Shown: in pieces, positions 1 to 10,275 of the stretch
Numbering within the stretch: the first letter of the stretch is position 1
Layout: every line of letters begins with the position of its first letter
Assembly: GCF_004010195.1 (NCBI RefSeq)
Contig: NW_025215024.1
Span: 21,034 to 59,070, forward strand
Length of the DNA stretch: 38,037 bases
Direction: 5' to 3'
DNA from: Chiloscyllium plagiosum
Taxonomy: Eukaryota
Position numbers and translations under genes: made by a program
Notes under the pieces: model-generated
Databases searched by the model: none
The model's input: only the letters and a program-made list of their open reading frames with translations
What the model was told of the DNA's origin: nothing

Positions 1-1657
1 TGAAGTCGGAGGAGGTAGGGAATTTCCTTAATGCATACTGTGCTTCAGTATTCAATCCTGAGAGGGACCTTTGTTATTTGTGAGGACAGCGTGAAACAGG
101 CTGATATATGTGAACAGGTTGATGTTAAGAATGAGGATGTGCTGAGTATTGTGTAAAACATAAGGACAGATAAGTCTATTGGACCAGTTGGGATGTGTCC
201 AAAGTTACTACACAAAGTGAGGGAAGAGATTGCTGTGCACTTGGCGATGACCTTTGTGCCCTCACTGACCACTGGAGATGTACCAGCTGGTTGGAGGGCG
301 GCAAATGTTATTCCCTTGTTCAGGAAAGGGAATATGGATAATGCTGGGAATTTCAGACCTGTCAGTCTTATGTCTGTGGTGTGCAGATTATTGGAGAGGA
401 CTCTGAGACAGGATTTATAATTCCTTGAAAAACCATAGTTTGATTAGAGGTAGTCAGCATGGCTTTGTAAGGGGCAGGTCATGCCTTGCAAATCTTATTG
501 AGGCCTTTGGCGATGTGACAAAACACCTTTATGGCTCTTTTTCAGAAAGTACAGAGACATGGGATACAGGGAAACCTGTCTATCTGGATACCGAATTCCT
601 GGCTCATAGAAGATCGAGGGTGATGATGAATGCAAAGCATTCATCCTGGAGCTCAGTGACCAGTGGCTTTCTGCAGGGAGAGGTTACAGGACCTCTGTTC
701 TTTGTGGTTTTATAAATGACTTGGATGTGTGAGTGGAAAAGTGGGTTAGTAAGTTCGGAAATGACACGAAGGTTGGTGGAATGGCTGATAATGTGGAGGG
801 CTATTGTAGGTTGCAACTGGGCAATGACAGGATGCAGAGCTGGGCTGAGAAATGGCAGATGGAGTTGAATCTGCAAAAATGTGAAGTCATTCATTTTGGA
901 AGACTGAATTTGAATGCATAACGCAGGGTTAAAGGTAGGATCCTTGGCAGTGGAGAGGAACAGAGTGATATTGGGTTCCAAGTCCATAGATCCCTCAAAG
1001 TTGCCACACAAGCTGATAGGCTTGTTAAGCAGGAATATATTGTGCTGGATTTAATTAGCTGGGGGATTGAGTTTTAAAGCCGTGAAGTTATGATGCAGCT
1101 CTATAGAGCCCTGGTGAGATCCCACTTGGAATATTGTGTTCAGTTCAGGTTCCCTCATTACATGATGGATGTGGAAGCTTGAGAGAGGGTAAAGAGGAGA
1201 TTTACCAGGATGTTTCCTGTACTGGAGAGCATGTCTTATGAAGAAAGCATGAGAGAGCTAGGGCTGTTCTCATTGGAGTGAAGAAGGCTGAGGGGTGACT
1301 TGGTAGAAATGAACACGATGATGAAAGGCAAAGAGAGAGTGAATAGTGAGAGCCATTCTTTACCCTGACATAAATAGCTATTACAAGGGGGTATAATTTT
1401 CAGGTGATTCTCGGATGGTTAAGGGGAGATTTCAGAGGTAGGTTCGTTACATATAGAGTGGTGGGTGAGTGGAATGCACTGCCAGTGGTGGCAGTAAAAT
1501 TAGATGCATTCGGGACATTTAATATACTTCCTGATAGGCACATGAATGATAATAAAATGAAGGGTATGTAGGTTAGTTTGATCATACAGTCGGATAAAGG
1601 GTTGGCATGGCATCATGGCCGAACGGTCTTGTGCTGTACTATTCTGTGTTCTGTGCC
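1..1657 (+). mobile_element. CR1-clade LINE, ORF2 RT region to 3' tail (degenerate, runs off window start)
   Basis: Fragmented ORFs give WRAANVIPLFRKG..NFRPVSL, SQHGFVRGRSCLANL, TSGFLQG..GPLF, SKFGNDTKVGG (FADD relic) and WAEKWQM..N..KC; ends in a CR1-like ttctgtg tail at ~1640-1657. Confidence 0.9.
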
Positions 1658-1659
1658 TG

Positions 1660-2160
1660 TATGATAAACTGGGTAATAAGCTCAGATCAATGTAAAAGGA
1701 TATGGCATTCAGGAGGAGTGAGGGAACTGGATACAAAATTGGGCTTGATGGTAGGAGACAGCAGGTGATGAGAGACATTTTGTTTTATGACTGGAGGCAT
1801 GTGACCAGCGTTGTAGTGGGCCCACTGTTGTTTGTCATTTGGATAAGTGGTTTGGATGGGAATATTGGTTTTGTGGTAAGTAAGTTTTCTGGGTGGCACT
1901 GAAATTGCTGGTAAAGTGGACAGTGAAGAAGGTTATCTGTGGTTCAACAGGATGAACAGTACTGCTGGGATAGTGGGCTGAAGAATAGCAGATGGAGTTT
2001 AATTCGATAAATGTGAAGTGTTCCATTTTGGTGAAACAAACCAGGGTGGGACTTGTGCAGTTAATATTCGGGCCTTGGGTAGTGTTTTCAGTCAGATACC
2101 CAGGGACGCAGGTACACAGTTCTTTTGAAAGTGGTGTCACAGGTAGACAGGCTGGTGAAG
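1660..2160 (+). mobile_element. CR1-clade LINE RT fragment
   Basis: WRHVTSVVVGPLLFVI, VSKFS, MEFNSINVKCSILV relics; similar to 560-1030. Confidence 0.75.
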
Positions 2161-2173
2161 TAGGGGAAATGGT

Positions 2174-2486
2174 GGGCAGCACGGTGGCACAGTGGTTAGC
2201 ACTGCTGCCTCACAGCGCCTGAGACCCGGGTTCAATTCCCGCCTCAGGTGACTGACTGTGTGGAGTTTGCACGTTCTCCCCGTGTCTGCGTGGGTTTCCT
2301 CCGGGTGCTCCGGTTTCCTCCCACAGTCCAAAAGATGTGCAGGGTCAGGTGAATTGGCCATGCTAAATTGCCCGTAGTGTTAGGTAAGGAGTAAATGTAG
2401 GGGTATGGGTGGGTTTCGCTTCGGCGGGCAGGTGTGGACTTGTTGGGACGAAGGGCCTGTTTCCACACTGTAATGTAATGTAATCT
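2174..2486 (+). mobile_element. tRNA-derived V-SINE (HE1-like), young full-length copy
   Basis: A box TGGCACAGTGG 2185-2195, B box GGTTCAATTCC 2229-2239, V-domain tgtgtggagtttgcacgttctccccgtgtctgcgtgggtttcctccgggtgctccggtttcctcccac, (tgtaa)n tail. Confidence 0.92.
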
Positions 2487-2499
2487 GTCCAGGTGACAT

Positions 2500-3330
2500 T
2501 ACTAATTCACTAAGTTTCATCACACAACAGTCGCTCTGAGATAGTTATGTCCCTAGCCAGTTGCACAATGTGTTATTCAAAGAAACACTGAAAAAAAATC
2601 TCTGAACTCCTCTTCCAATATCGCTCTTGTCAGTGTGAATGTTCCAGATTTTGGGAATATTGAAGTTTCCCAAAATTATCACAATGCTTTTATTAAAAAT
2701 TCTAATTGATTCCTGTTTATTGCAGTGATGAGCAATGAAATGCTGTTCGGTGGCTAAAACCATTCTGCTCCTTGTGTCCTTGGCAAGTAGTGGCCAGAAT
2801 TTACATTCAGACTGACTCTACTTCATGATCTGATGCTAAATGTTTTCTCTGTAATGCCTTTGTTCTCCATTATTGTTAGCGTTGCCCATTTTGCCTGAAT
2901 TTCCACAAGGTTGTGAACAATTGAATATTTATGTTCCACCTTTTGTTCACCCTGGAACCATGTCTCACTGCTGTCTAAATCTCTTTTATCTCTGTGTCAC
3001 AAATCCATCTACCCTATTGCAGAGACTTTGTCCATTCCAAACAAAACATAACTTACTCTTTCCCACAATTTCCTGTCACAAACTTATTCACTGATGTACA
3101 GTTTTAACTAAACTTTTTCCCATCCTTTTCCTTCCTGCTTGTCTTCAGGCACATTCCCATGCTGCTCTGATGCTTCACCTTTTCTATTTTGATTTGGAGA
3201 ACTCCTTTCACCTTAACCCTGTCCCTGCATTCTCTCTGTCAGTTTACAGCCCTGTCCATAAACCAACAGATATGATTGGCCAGGACACTGGTCCCATCAT
3301 GGTTCCAGTGGGGCCCAATGCAACGGGATT
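2500..3330 (-). mobile_element. Old CR1 fragment (endonuclease region and ORF1/ORF2 junction)
   Basis: Minus-strand ORF 2545-2763 has IILGNFNIPKIW (GDFNxP motif of APE endonuclease); 3240-3325 resembles the end of CR1 ORF1. Confidence 0.55.
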
Positions 3331-3331
3331 G

Positions 3332-3701
3332 TTTTTATTAACTCATGGGATGTTGGTATCTCTGTCTGACCTGCCTTTCTTTCCCAGCCCTAGCTGCCCT
3401 TGAACTGAGTAACTTGCTCGGCCATTTCAGAGGCTCATTGAGAGACAAACACTTTGCTGTGGGTATTTTGTGCAGACCACGTGAGGATAGGCAGATGTCC
3501 TTCTCTAAATGACAAGTGTTTGTATTTTTTGTACATCAGCAATTGTCTCATTAATTTTTGGATTATTAATTATTATCTTTAAAAGTATTGTTTTCAAATT
3601 CCCCCATTTCTGATGGTGGGATTCAAACATGTCTCCCCGAACATTAGCTGAGGTTTTGGATACATGCTCTAGCAATAATGCCACTAGGCCATCACTTCGC
3701 C
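3332..3701 (-). mobile_element. tRNA-derived SINE of a second family (possibly SacSINE1/DeuSINE-like; family uncertain)
   Basis: Reverse strand has A box TGGCCTAGTGG, B box GTTTGAATCCC and an A-rich 3' end related to the LINE 3' ends at ~26400 and ~37075; absent from duplication copy 2. Confidence 0.65.
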
Positions 3702-3912
3702 TGCTCACTGGTTGCTCATTTATGACCAGTTATACCATCATGAAGCAGAACCCCTTCTTCCCACACGATTGATTCTGAGGCCTTCTGACATGATTGTTTG
3801 AGCCTGATAACTTCCAGCACTCTGGCGATATCACACAGTCTCTCTTTCCATGTGGTATCCCTCACTGTGTGGATCTAATTGCTGCCTCTGTCAATTCCCC
3901 TCGCTCTTATAG

Positions 3913-4222
3913 TTACTCCAGATCCTGAGTCAACAGAATTCTCCACTCCAGAGAGACGCAGCAGCACAAGCCAGGGACGGAGTCTGGGATTTTCTAGATC
4001 TCTGTTTTACTCAGGACCATTCTCCATGTGTAATCCTCACTACATCAGTCTAATTTCCCATCCTGTCTATTTCTCTGTCTCCTGCAGGTAATCAGGAAGT
4101 TCCTGACTCAATAGACTTCCCAACTTCAGGATGTCTCGTCCATTACCACATTGAAGATGGTTGGTCAGCCAGACAGACAAAGGGCAGGGAAATCTGGAAT
4201 CTTCAATAAATCCTGCAGTGAG
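3913..4222 (+). pseudogene. Two exon-like units (starting at 3913, and 4088-4222) of an unidentified gene, frameshifted relative to copy 2
   Basis: CTAAT branch site + pyrimidine tract + AG at 3911-3912 and 4086-4087; donor AG|GTAAGA at 4222/4223; relics TPDPESTEFSTPERR and LVSQTDKGQGNLESSINPAV. Confidence 0.45.
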
Positions 4223-4724
4223 GTAAGATCACTCACAGTGAACAGAGCAGAGAGCAGTGAGAGGGCTCCAATCATCGGCTAACAAGACATCACTTAGATA
4301 CAGTTCTGGAGGGGGAGCACAGTACAGACACACCCCAGGTCAATCACCATCCCTACTGGTAAGTTTTGTTGCATTGAGACAGCATCGGGAGTGTCACAGT
4401 TATCAATCCAGGCCTGTGATGTCTTAGTGACATCAGTATAACAGAGGGGAAAGCAGGTTTCTCATGAGTGTGTGGGAATGCTGCCTGGAATCTTTCTGCT
4501 CTGTGTTCCCCAACTGTACATATACAATGTCTCATGGACCAGTGTCTTCAATAATTTTTAACTCCTATAACAGTTCCTGTCCCTGTAACCTCTTCCTTTC
4601 CCGATAGTCCCTCCACATATTTGAAATATACTGCATTCCAGACTACCATCTCTATCTCTGTAACTTACTTCAGTGCCTACAACATGCCTTATCTCAGTAG
4701 TCTCCTCCTCCAATAACTGGAGAA

Positions 4725-7700
4725 AGAGCCATGCAGAACAGAAACGGTTCCTTCGATCCAACTAGTTCATGCTGACCACAGTTCCTGAATGAGTCGCATT
4801 TGCCTGTGTTTGGTCCCGATACCGTCAAACCTTCTCCTCTCCATGTACCTGCCCAAATGTCTTTTCCATGATGCAATTGTACTTTTCTCTACCACTTCAG
4901 CGGCAGCTCATTCAATATGTGCACCATTCTCTGTGTGGAAATGTGCTCCTCTGGTCGCTTTTAAGTATTTCCTCTCCCACTTCATATTTTTGCCCTCTAG
5001 TTATGGATTCCCCTACCCTGCTGTAGAGACCTTCACTGTTCAACCTACGTATACCTCTCATGTTTTTATAAACCTTTATAAGGTCACCCCTCAGCCACCT
5101 ACACCCAATGGAAATATGAAGCAAATTTGCCACAATGTTCTGGGATACCGTTATTCAGGACCTAGAGCTTTCTCTACTTTTGTGTGCTGAGACTTCCAGC
5201 ACCACCTCTTCTGGAATGGGGACTCTTTTCAAGACATCACTATTTATTTCCTTTTGTTTCCTAGTCTTTGTCCACTGTACGTTCTGACATGAAAAATTGA
5301 TTTCGGGTCGCGCCCATTTCCTGTGGTTCCAGGCATAGATGGCCTTATTGATCTTTGAGGGGCCCTATTGTCTCTCTAGTAGCTTTTTTGTACTTGTATG
5401 CTGTAGAATCTCTTTGGATTCTCCTTAAACTTATCTACCAAATCTATCTCATTTCCAGCTTATCCAGCCTCTCTGTTTCTGTTAAACACTCCAGTATCAG
5501 TAACATCTTCGTCAATCTTTGCTCCATTTACAGTTTCAGAATATGCTTCCTAAAGCAGGAGGATCAGAATTCTACACAGTACCCCAACTGGTGTCTCAGC
5601 AATGTCTGAAACAGCTGTATCATGATGTACCAACTCATGTACTCAGTGATCTGACCCATGAGGGCCAGTGTGCCAAATGTTGCTTTCCCCATCGTGTCCA
5701 CCTGTGACACCACTTCCAAGGAACAATGTAACTGCATCCCTTGGTCTCTCTCCGTTCGACAACACTGTCTAGAGCTCTGCCATTAATTGTGTTAGTCATC
5801 CCTGGTTTATCTTAACAAAATCCAATACCTGAATTCTGCTCCATTTTTCATTTCTTGACCCACTGGCTCAGTTGGTTAAGAGCACCTTTGATAACTGTAT
5901 TCACTGCCCACTATAACACTTATTTTACTATCCACAAAATTACTAACAATAATTTATATATTCTTGTTTATGTCAATAATGCACATGCGTGACCCCAGCA
6001 CCAATGCTTATGGCACACCGCTGGTCAGAGGCCCCCCAGTCTGCACAACAACCCTCTCCCAGCATCCTCTGTCTCCTACTGTCAAGCTAATTTTGTGTCC
6101 GTTTGTCTTGCTCTCCCTGATCCCATGTGATCTAACCTTACGTACCAGTGCACCACGCTAACCCCTGTCTAAGGCCTTGCTGAAGTCAGGATAGACAACG
6201 TCTACTGCTCTGCCTTCATCCATCTTCTTGGTCACGTCTTCAACAAACTCTATCAAACTTGAGAGTCACGACTTTGTATACACAAAGCTGTGCTGACTCT
6301 CCCTAATCAAGCGTTGCCTTCCCACATGCATGTGACTCCTGTCCTGCGGAATTGCTCCCAACAACATTTGCACCACTGACATCAAGCTAGTTGGTGTTTA
6401 TGTCCCTAGCTTTCCGTCGCAGCCTTTCCTAAATACTGGCACAATATTAGGCAACCTCCAGGCTCCGAGCGCACCACCCGTGGCTGTCAGTGATAGAAAT
6501 ATCATTGTAAGTTTCTTCCCTAACTTACCCCAATGTCCTAGGATATACTTGATTAGTTCCCAGGGAGTTGTCTAATTTTAATGTGTTTGAAAACCTTCAG
6601 CACCTCCTGTTCTCTAATGTGGACTCGTTTGAAAATATCACTGTTTATTTCCCTGCTTCCCCACTGTGTTTTCCACAGTAAGTTCTGACGTGAAGTGTTT
6701 GTTTCGGATCTCACCCATTTCCTGTGGGTTCACACATAGATGACTTTAAGGGGTCACATTCTGTCCCAAGTTAATCTTCTGTTGTTAATATACTTTTAGA
6801 ATCTCTCTGGGTTTTCCTGAACCTTATCTGCCAAAGCTCTGTCAGTTCCCTATTAGGCCCTCAAGGTTTCCCTCTTAAGAGTATTACCACACCCATAATG
6901 TTCTTCAAGGGATTGACTTAATCCAGCTGGCTATATAGGACACATGCCCCCTTTTGTCTTGACCAGAACCTCAATATCCCCAGTCATCCAGTGTATCCCA
7001 CTTGAGTCAGCATTGTTCTTCACACTAATAGGAATATGCTGGGCCTGAAATATTAATTTATCTCTCTTTTGAAAGAGTCCCACTTGCCCGACGTTCCTTT
7101 ACTTGCAAATAGCCTGCACGAATCAATTTTTGGACAGACATGCCTAATATCTTCTGGACGGGGCAAGGCCAGTTTTGATCTTTAATTTGTGGACAAGGCC
7201 TGTCCTTTTCCATTGCTATTTTCAAACTAACAGAATTGTGGTGACTTTGCAAAAGTGCTGCCCCACAAACTCTTCAGCCCCTTTCTCTACCTTGTTTCCC
7301 GAAGGGAGGTCAGGTTTTATCCTTTTCTCCAGTCAGGCCAGTTACATACTGATTGAGACAGTTTTCTTGAACACACTGAACAAATCCCTCCCATCCAAGC
7401 AGTGAACTCACTGACAGTCCCCCAGTCTAGGCTTGGAAAGTTAAAATCCCCGACCATTACAACCCTACCCTATCTTCTTACAGATATCTGAGATCTCCTA
7501 CATATTTGCTGCTCAATTTCCCGCTGACTACTGCGGGCTTGTAGTACAATCAAATCAAACTGATTATTCATTCTTATTTCTCAGTTCCAAAACAGCTTTA
7601 CTGGGCGGTCCCCAGGAATATCCTCTCTCAGTGCTGCAGTGATGTTTTCACTGATCAAAAACTCCACTCCCCCTCCTCCCTTGCCTCCCCTTCTATCCGT

Positions 7701-7860
7701 CCTGTTGAATCTGTCCTCTGGAACAATGATCTGCGAGCCCTGTCCCCCCGTCAGCTGTGTTTCTGTAATTTCTGTGATTTCCCAGTCCCATGTTTGCATC
7801 AGTGCCGTGCGTTCATCTGCCTTACTTGTCAGGTATTTTATATCAAAGTAAATGCAATTT
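4725..7860 (-). mobile_element. Mosaic of CR1 LINE fragments (3' end at ~4725; RT through endonuclease)
   Basis: Minus-strand relics LRGDLIKVYKNMRG (4912-5133) and WEITEITETQL..RTDRRGGKGGGGVEFLI (7581-7799, APE endonuclease). Confidence 0.85.
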
Positions 7861-7949
7861 AATTCATCAGTTTTCCCTCATTGCCTGCTGTGCTTGAGCC
7901 TGGTTATCAATTGAAATTACTCTGTTGAAATTCTGTCCCAGCCTCAACC

Positions 7950-9035
7950 TTCAGACTGTAGCCTGAGATCATCCCCCTCACTGTGGACAACACCCTCACC
8001 TTTCATGTCATCTGCAAACCTAATAATGATACCTTCTGTTTTCACATCCGAGTGATTAATGCCCCTAAGGAACAGCACTGGCTCCTGCACAGATCCCTGT
8101 GCTACATTCGCTGGGCAAAGGCTTTCAATCACAAAACCAACCCTCCAGCAATTGTGGATCCAATGTTGCCAACTTGCGTTGGATCCCATGGGCTCTTCCC
8201 TTTTGGACCAGCCTTCCATGTGGGACCTTGTCAAAGGCCTTAATGAACTCCATGGAACCAACATCATCTGCACTGCCCTCATCAATGTTTTCAGACACCA
8301 TTTCAAAAAACTGAACTGATTTCACCAGACAAGATCTTCCTGTATCAAATCCGTGCTGACTAACCCTAATCAATCCCTGCCTTTCCAGTTATGAATTCAA
8401 ACTGTCCCTCAAAATTGTTTCCAATAATTTCCCTCCCCCTGCTGTCAGACTATTCGCTCTGTAATTATCTGGCCTATCCCTGCTGCCCTTCTTGAACAAA
8501 GGAACCACATTAGCGATCCTCCAGTCATTCGGCACTTCACCTGTGGCCAGCAAAGTCTTAAATATATCCACCAGGGCCCCAGCAATCTCCTTCCTTACCT
8601 CCTATAGCAGCCTGGGGTACATTTCATTGGGCTCTGGGGATTTCTCCATCTATTTATGCCTGTGAAAACATTTAATACCCCCTCCTTAATGATCTTACCA
8701 TGTTCTAGAACCTCACCATCACGACTGAAATCCCCAGCTACAATGCCTTTCTCCTGTGTGAATACAGATGGGAAGTATTCATTGAAGACCTCACCTACAT
8801 CCTCTGGCTCCACGCACAGATTGTCCCTTTCGTTTCTAACAGGCCTCCCTCTTTCGCTGGGAAGCCTCTTATGCTAATGATGGTGATGAAATACCTTGTG
8901 GTTTTTCCTCAGTTGTATCTGCCAAATGTACTTCGTGACCATTGTTTGTCCCTCATTTTCTACAATCCGTTTGCCCTCTCTATACTTGTAAATGGCTTCT
9001 CCTGATTTTATTTAACTGGATTTTCTTTATCAAAC
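7950..9035 (-). mobile_element. CR1 LINE ORF2 fragment, interrupted by the ERV (continues at 19276)
   Basis: IRFADDMK, SQHGFDTGRSCL, KAFDKVPHGRL, GEVPNDWRIANVVPLFKKG..NYR, GEVFNEYFPSVFT. Confidence 0.9.
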
Positions 9036-9597
9036 TGTAAATATATGGCTTACTTGTAAAATAGAAAGCTGGCTGCAAGTGCAAATATACTCTGCATTCG
9101 GAAGCGTGTTGTGACGCTGTGTAACGCGTGCAGAAGGAGGTCACGTGATGCTCCATTTCGCGCCCCGGAAGAGTGAGAGGTGGTCACGTGATGCTCCGTT
9201 TAGCGGGCAAAGAAGATCACGTGGTGCTCCGTTTCGCGGGCAAAAGAAGGTCATATGGTGTCGGACATCCGGGAACGCGGGGAGGCGGAGAATGGAGTCA
9301 GATCAACAGCCAATCAGAAGATAATTCTTCCTCAGTGATTGCATGACGTTTTTTATTGTATAAAAGACTGGCTCAGGGACAGGAATAAGTCTTACATTTT
9401 GAACTGACACACTTTGTAGTTTGTCAGGAACGGAAAGGTCTAGACCCAGAGCTCTGTATACTTTGTCCACTTACTGTTTATAATAAATTAAGAGTGTGAG
9501 ATTGAATATCTTCTCCTATTGCTTCATTTAAAGAACAAACAGGACTGGGCTCACACATAGAAGAAAGTAAGTTGGTAAATTGAGCCAACGTCCGACA
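9036..9597 (+). repeat. 5' LTR (562 bp)
   Basis: TGTAAATATA...TCCGACA; matches 18661-19275; CCAAT 9310-9314, TATAAAA 9359-9365, AATAAA 9482-9487. Confidence 0.97.
9139..9365 (+). promoter_or_regulatory. 5' LTR U3 enhancer repeats plus CCAAT and TATA promoter
   Basis: One 43-bp unit and two 33/34-bp units with TCACGTG (E-box), TTTCGCG(C) (E2F) and CCGGAAG (ETS); AGCCAATCAG (NF-Y type), ATGACGT, TATAAAA. Confidence 0.8.
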
Positions 9598-9600
9598 ATT

Positions 9601-9618
9601 TGGTGACCCCGACGTGAT
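9601..9618 (+). promoter_or_regulatory. Primer-binding site, tRNA-Trp
   Basis: TGGTGACCCCGACGTGAT, complement of the vertebrate tRNA-Trp 3' end (same 18-mer as the avian sarcoma-leukosis virus PBS); 3 nt after the LTR CA. Confidence 0.93.
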
Positions 9619-9704
9619 GAAGACGGAGAAGTGACGGAAAAAAGAGAAAATAGAAACAACGGACAACTGACGTTTGATGACAACAACAAGCGGCGCCGCA
9701 TAAA

Positions 9705-9713
9705 AAGGTGAGC
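9705..9713 (+). promoter_or_regulatory. Candidate major splice donor of the ERV
   Basis: AAG|GTGAGC (GT at 9708-9709) in the leader, ~90 nt after the PBS. Confidence 0.55.
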
Positions 9714-9823
9714 AGTCGCCTGTTTATATTGAAGTTCTGCAATTGGAGATACTCAATTGATTGTTGTCATTATACTGCAAGTGTCCTAGTAATAGTAAGT
9801 GGATAAAGTATTGATTAGGTACG

Positions 9824-9983
9824 TACGGGTTTGATGTCCCGTGGGTTTAGAGTCCCCATAAAAGCAACAAAGTTTGAAACATACGGGTTTAAAGTCCGTG
9901 GGGTTAGAGTCCCCATAAAAGCAACAAGGTACCTAAGTGTGAGGATGTTTAAAGTCCATTGAGCAGGATGTCATAAAAGCAAC
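9824..9983 (+). repeat. Three ~58-bp tandem units in the ERV leader
   Basis: CATAAAAGCAAC recurs at 9857, 9914 and 9972, each preceded by gttt(aaa/gat)gtcc. Confidence 0.8.
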
Positions 9984-10275
9984 CCTCTCAAATTTTGGTT
10001 TATGATTGATGTGTTGTAAGTTTTAAAAAAACTATATTGGGGAATGTACGGAGGGTGGTAGAAAAGCCAGTAGCGTTTTGAAGACAGAGACGGTGGTGTT
10101 TCAGTGAGAGAGAGTCGGCAGTGGAAACCTAACGGTGACAACGAAACTGCTGATAAATCTCGCTGAAAGGGTCAGTTGCTCGGGTGTACTCGAGCCAAAC
10201 TGACTACCCACCTGATTTGTCTCTGATTGGGTTGGTTGCTCGGTTATATTTATATCCAAGCCAACTGACTACTGG

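Larger units (their letters stand above)
2985..4512 (+). repeat. Copy 1 of a diverged segmental duplication (copy 2 at 21475-22648)
   Basis: Colinear matching blocks, e.g. actccagatcctgag..attctccactccagagagacg, ccattctccatgtgtaatcct, gaggtaagatcactcacagtgaacagagcagag and aatccaggcctgtg..aacagaggggaaagcagg, occur in both places. Confidence 0.9.

Noticed and set aside
2174..2250. tRNA genes at the SINE heads (also 23215, 29991, 35023, 3701)
   Set aside because: A and B boxes continue into SINE bodies and tails; no complete cloverleaf
4158..4222. Start-codon exon MVGQPDRQRAGKSGIFNKSCSE in a good Kozak context
   Set aside because: The ATG is ACG in the paralogue, which is open in a different frame; cannot be supported without transcripts
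9619..10275. Epsilonretrovirus-type accessory genes (orf A/B/C, viral cyclin)
   Set aside because: No credible ORF in the leader; only ~100 bp between pol and env and 44 bp between env and the 3' LTR
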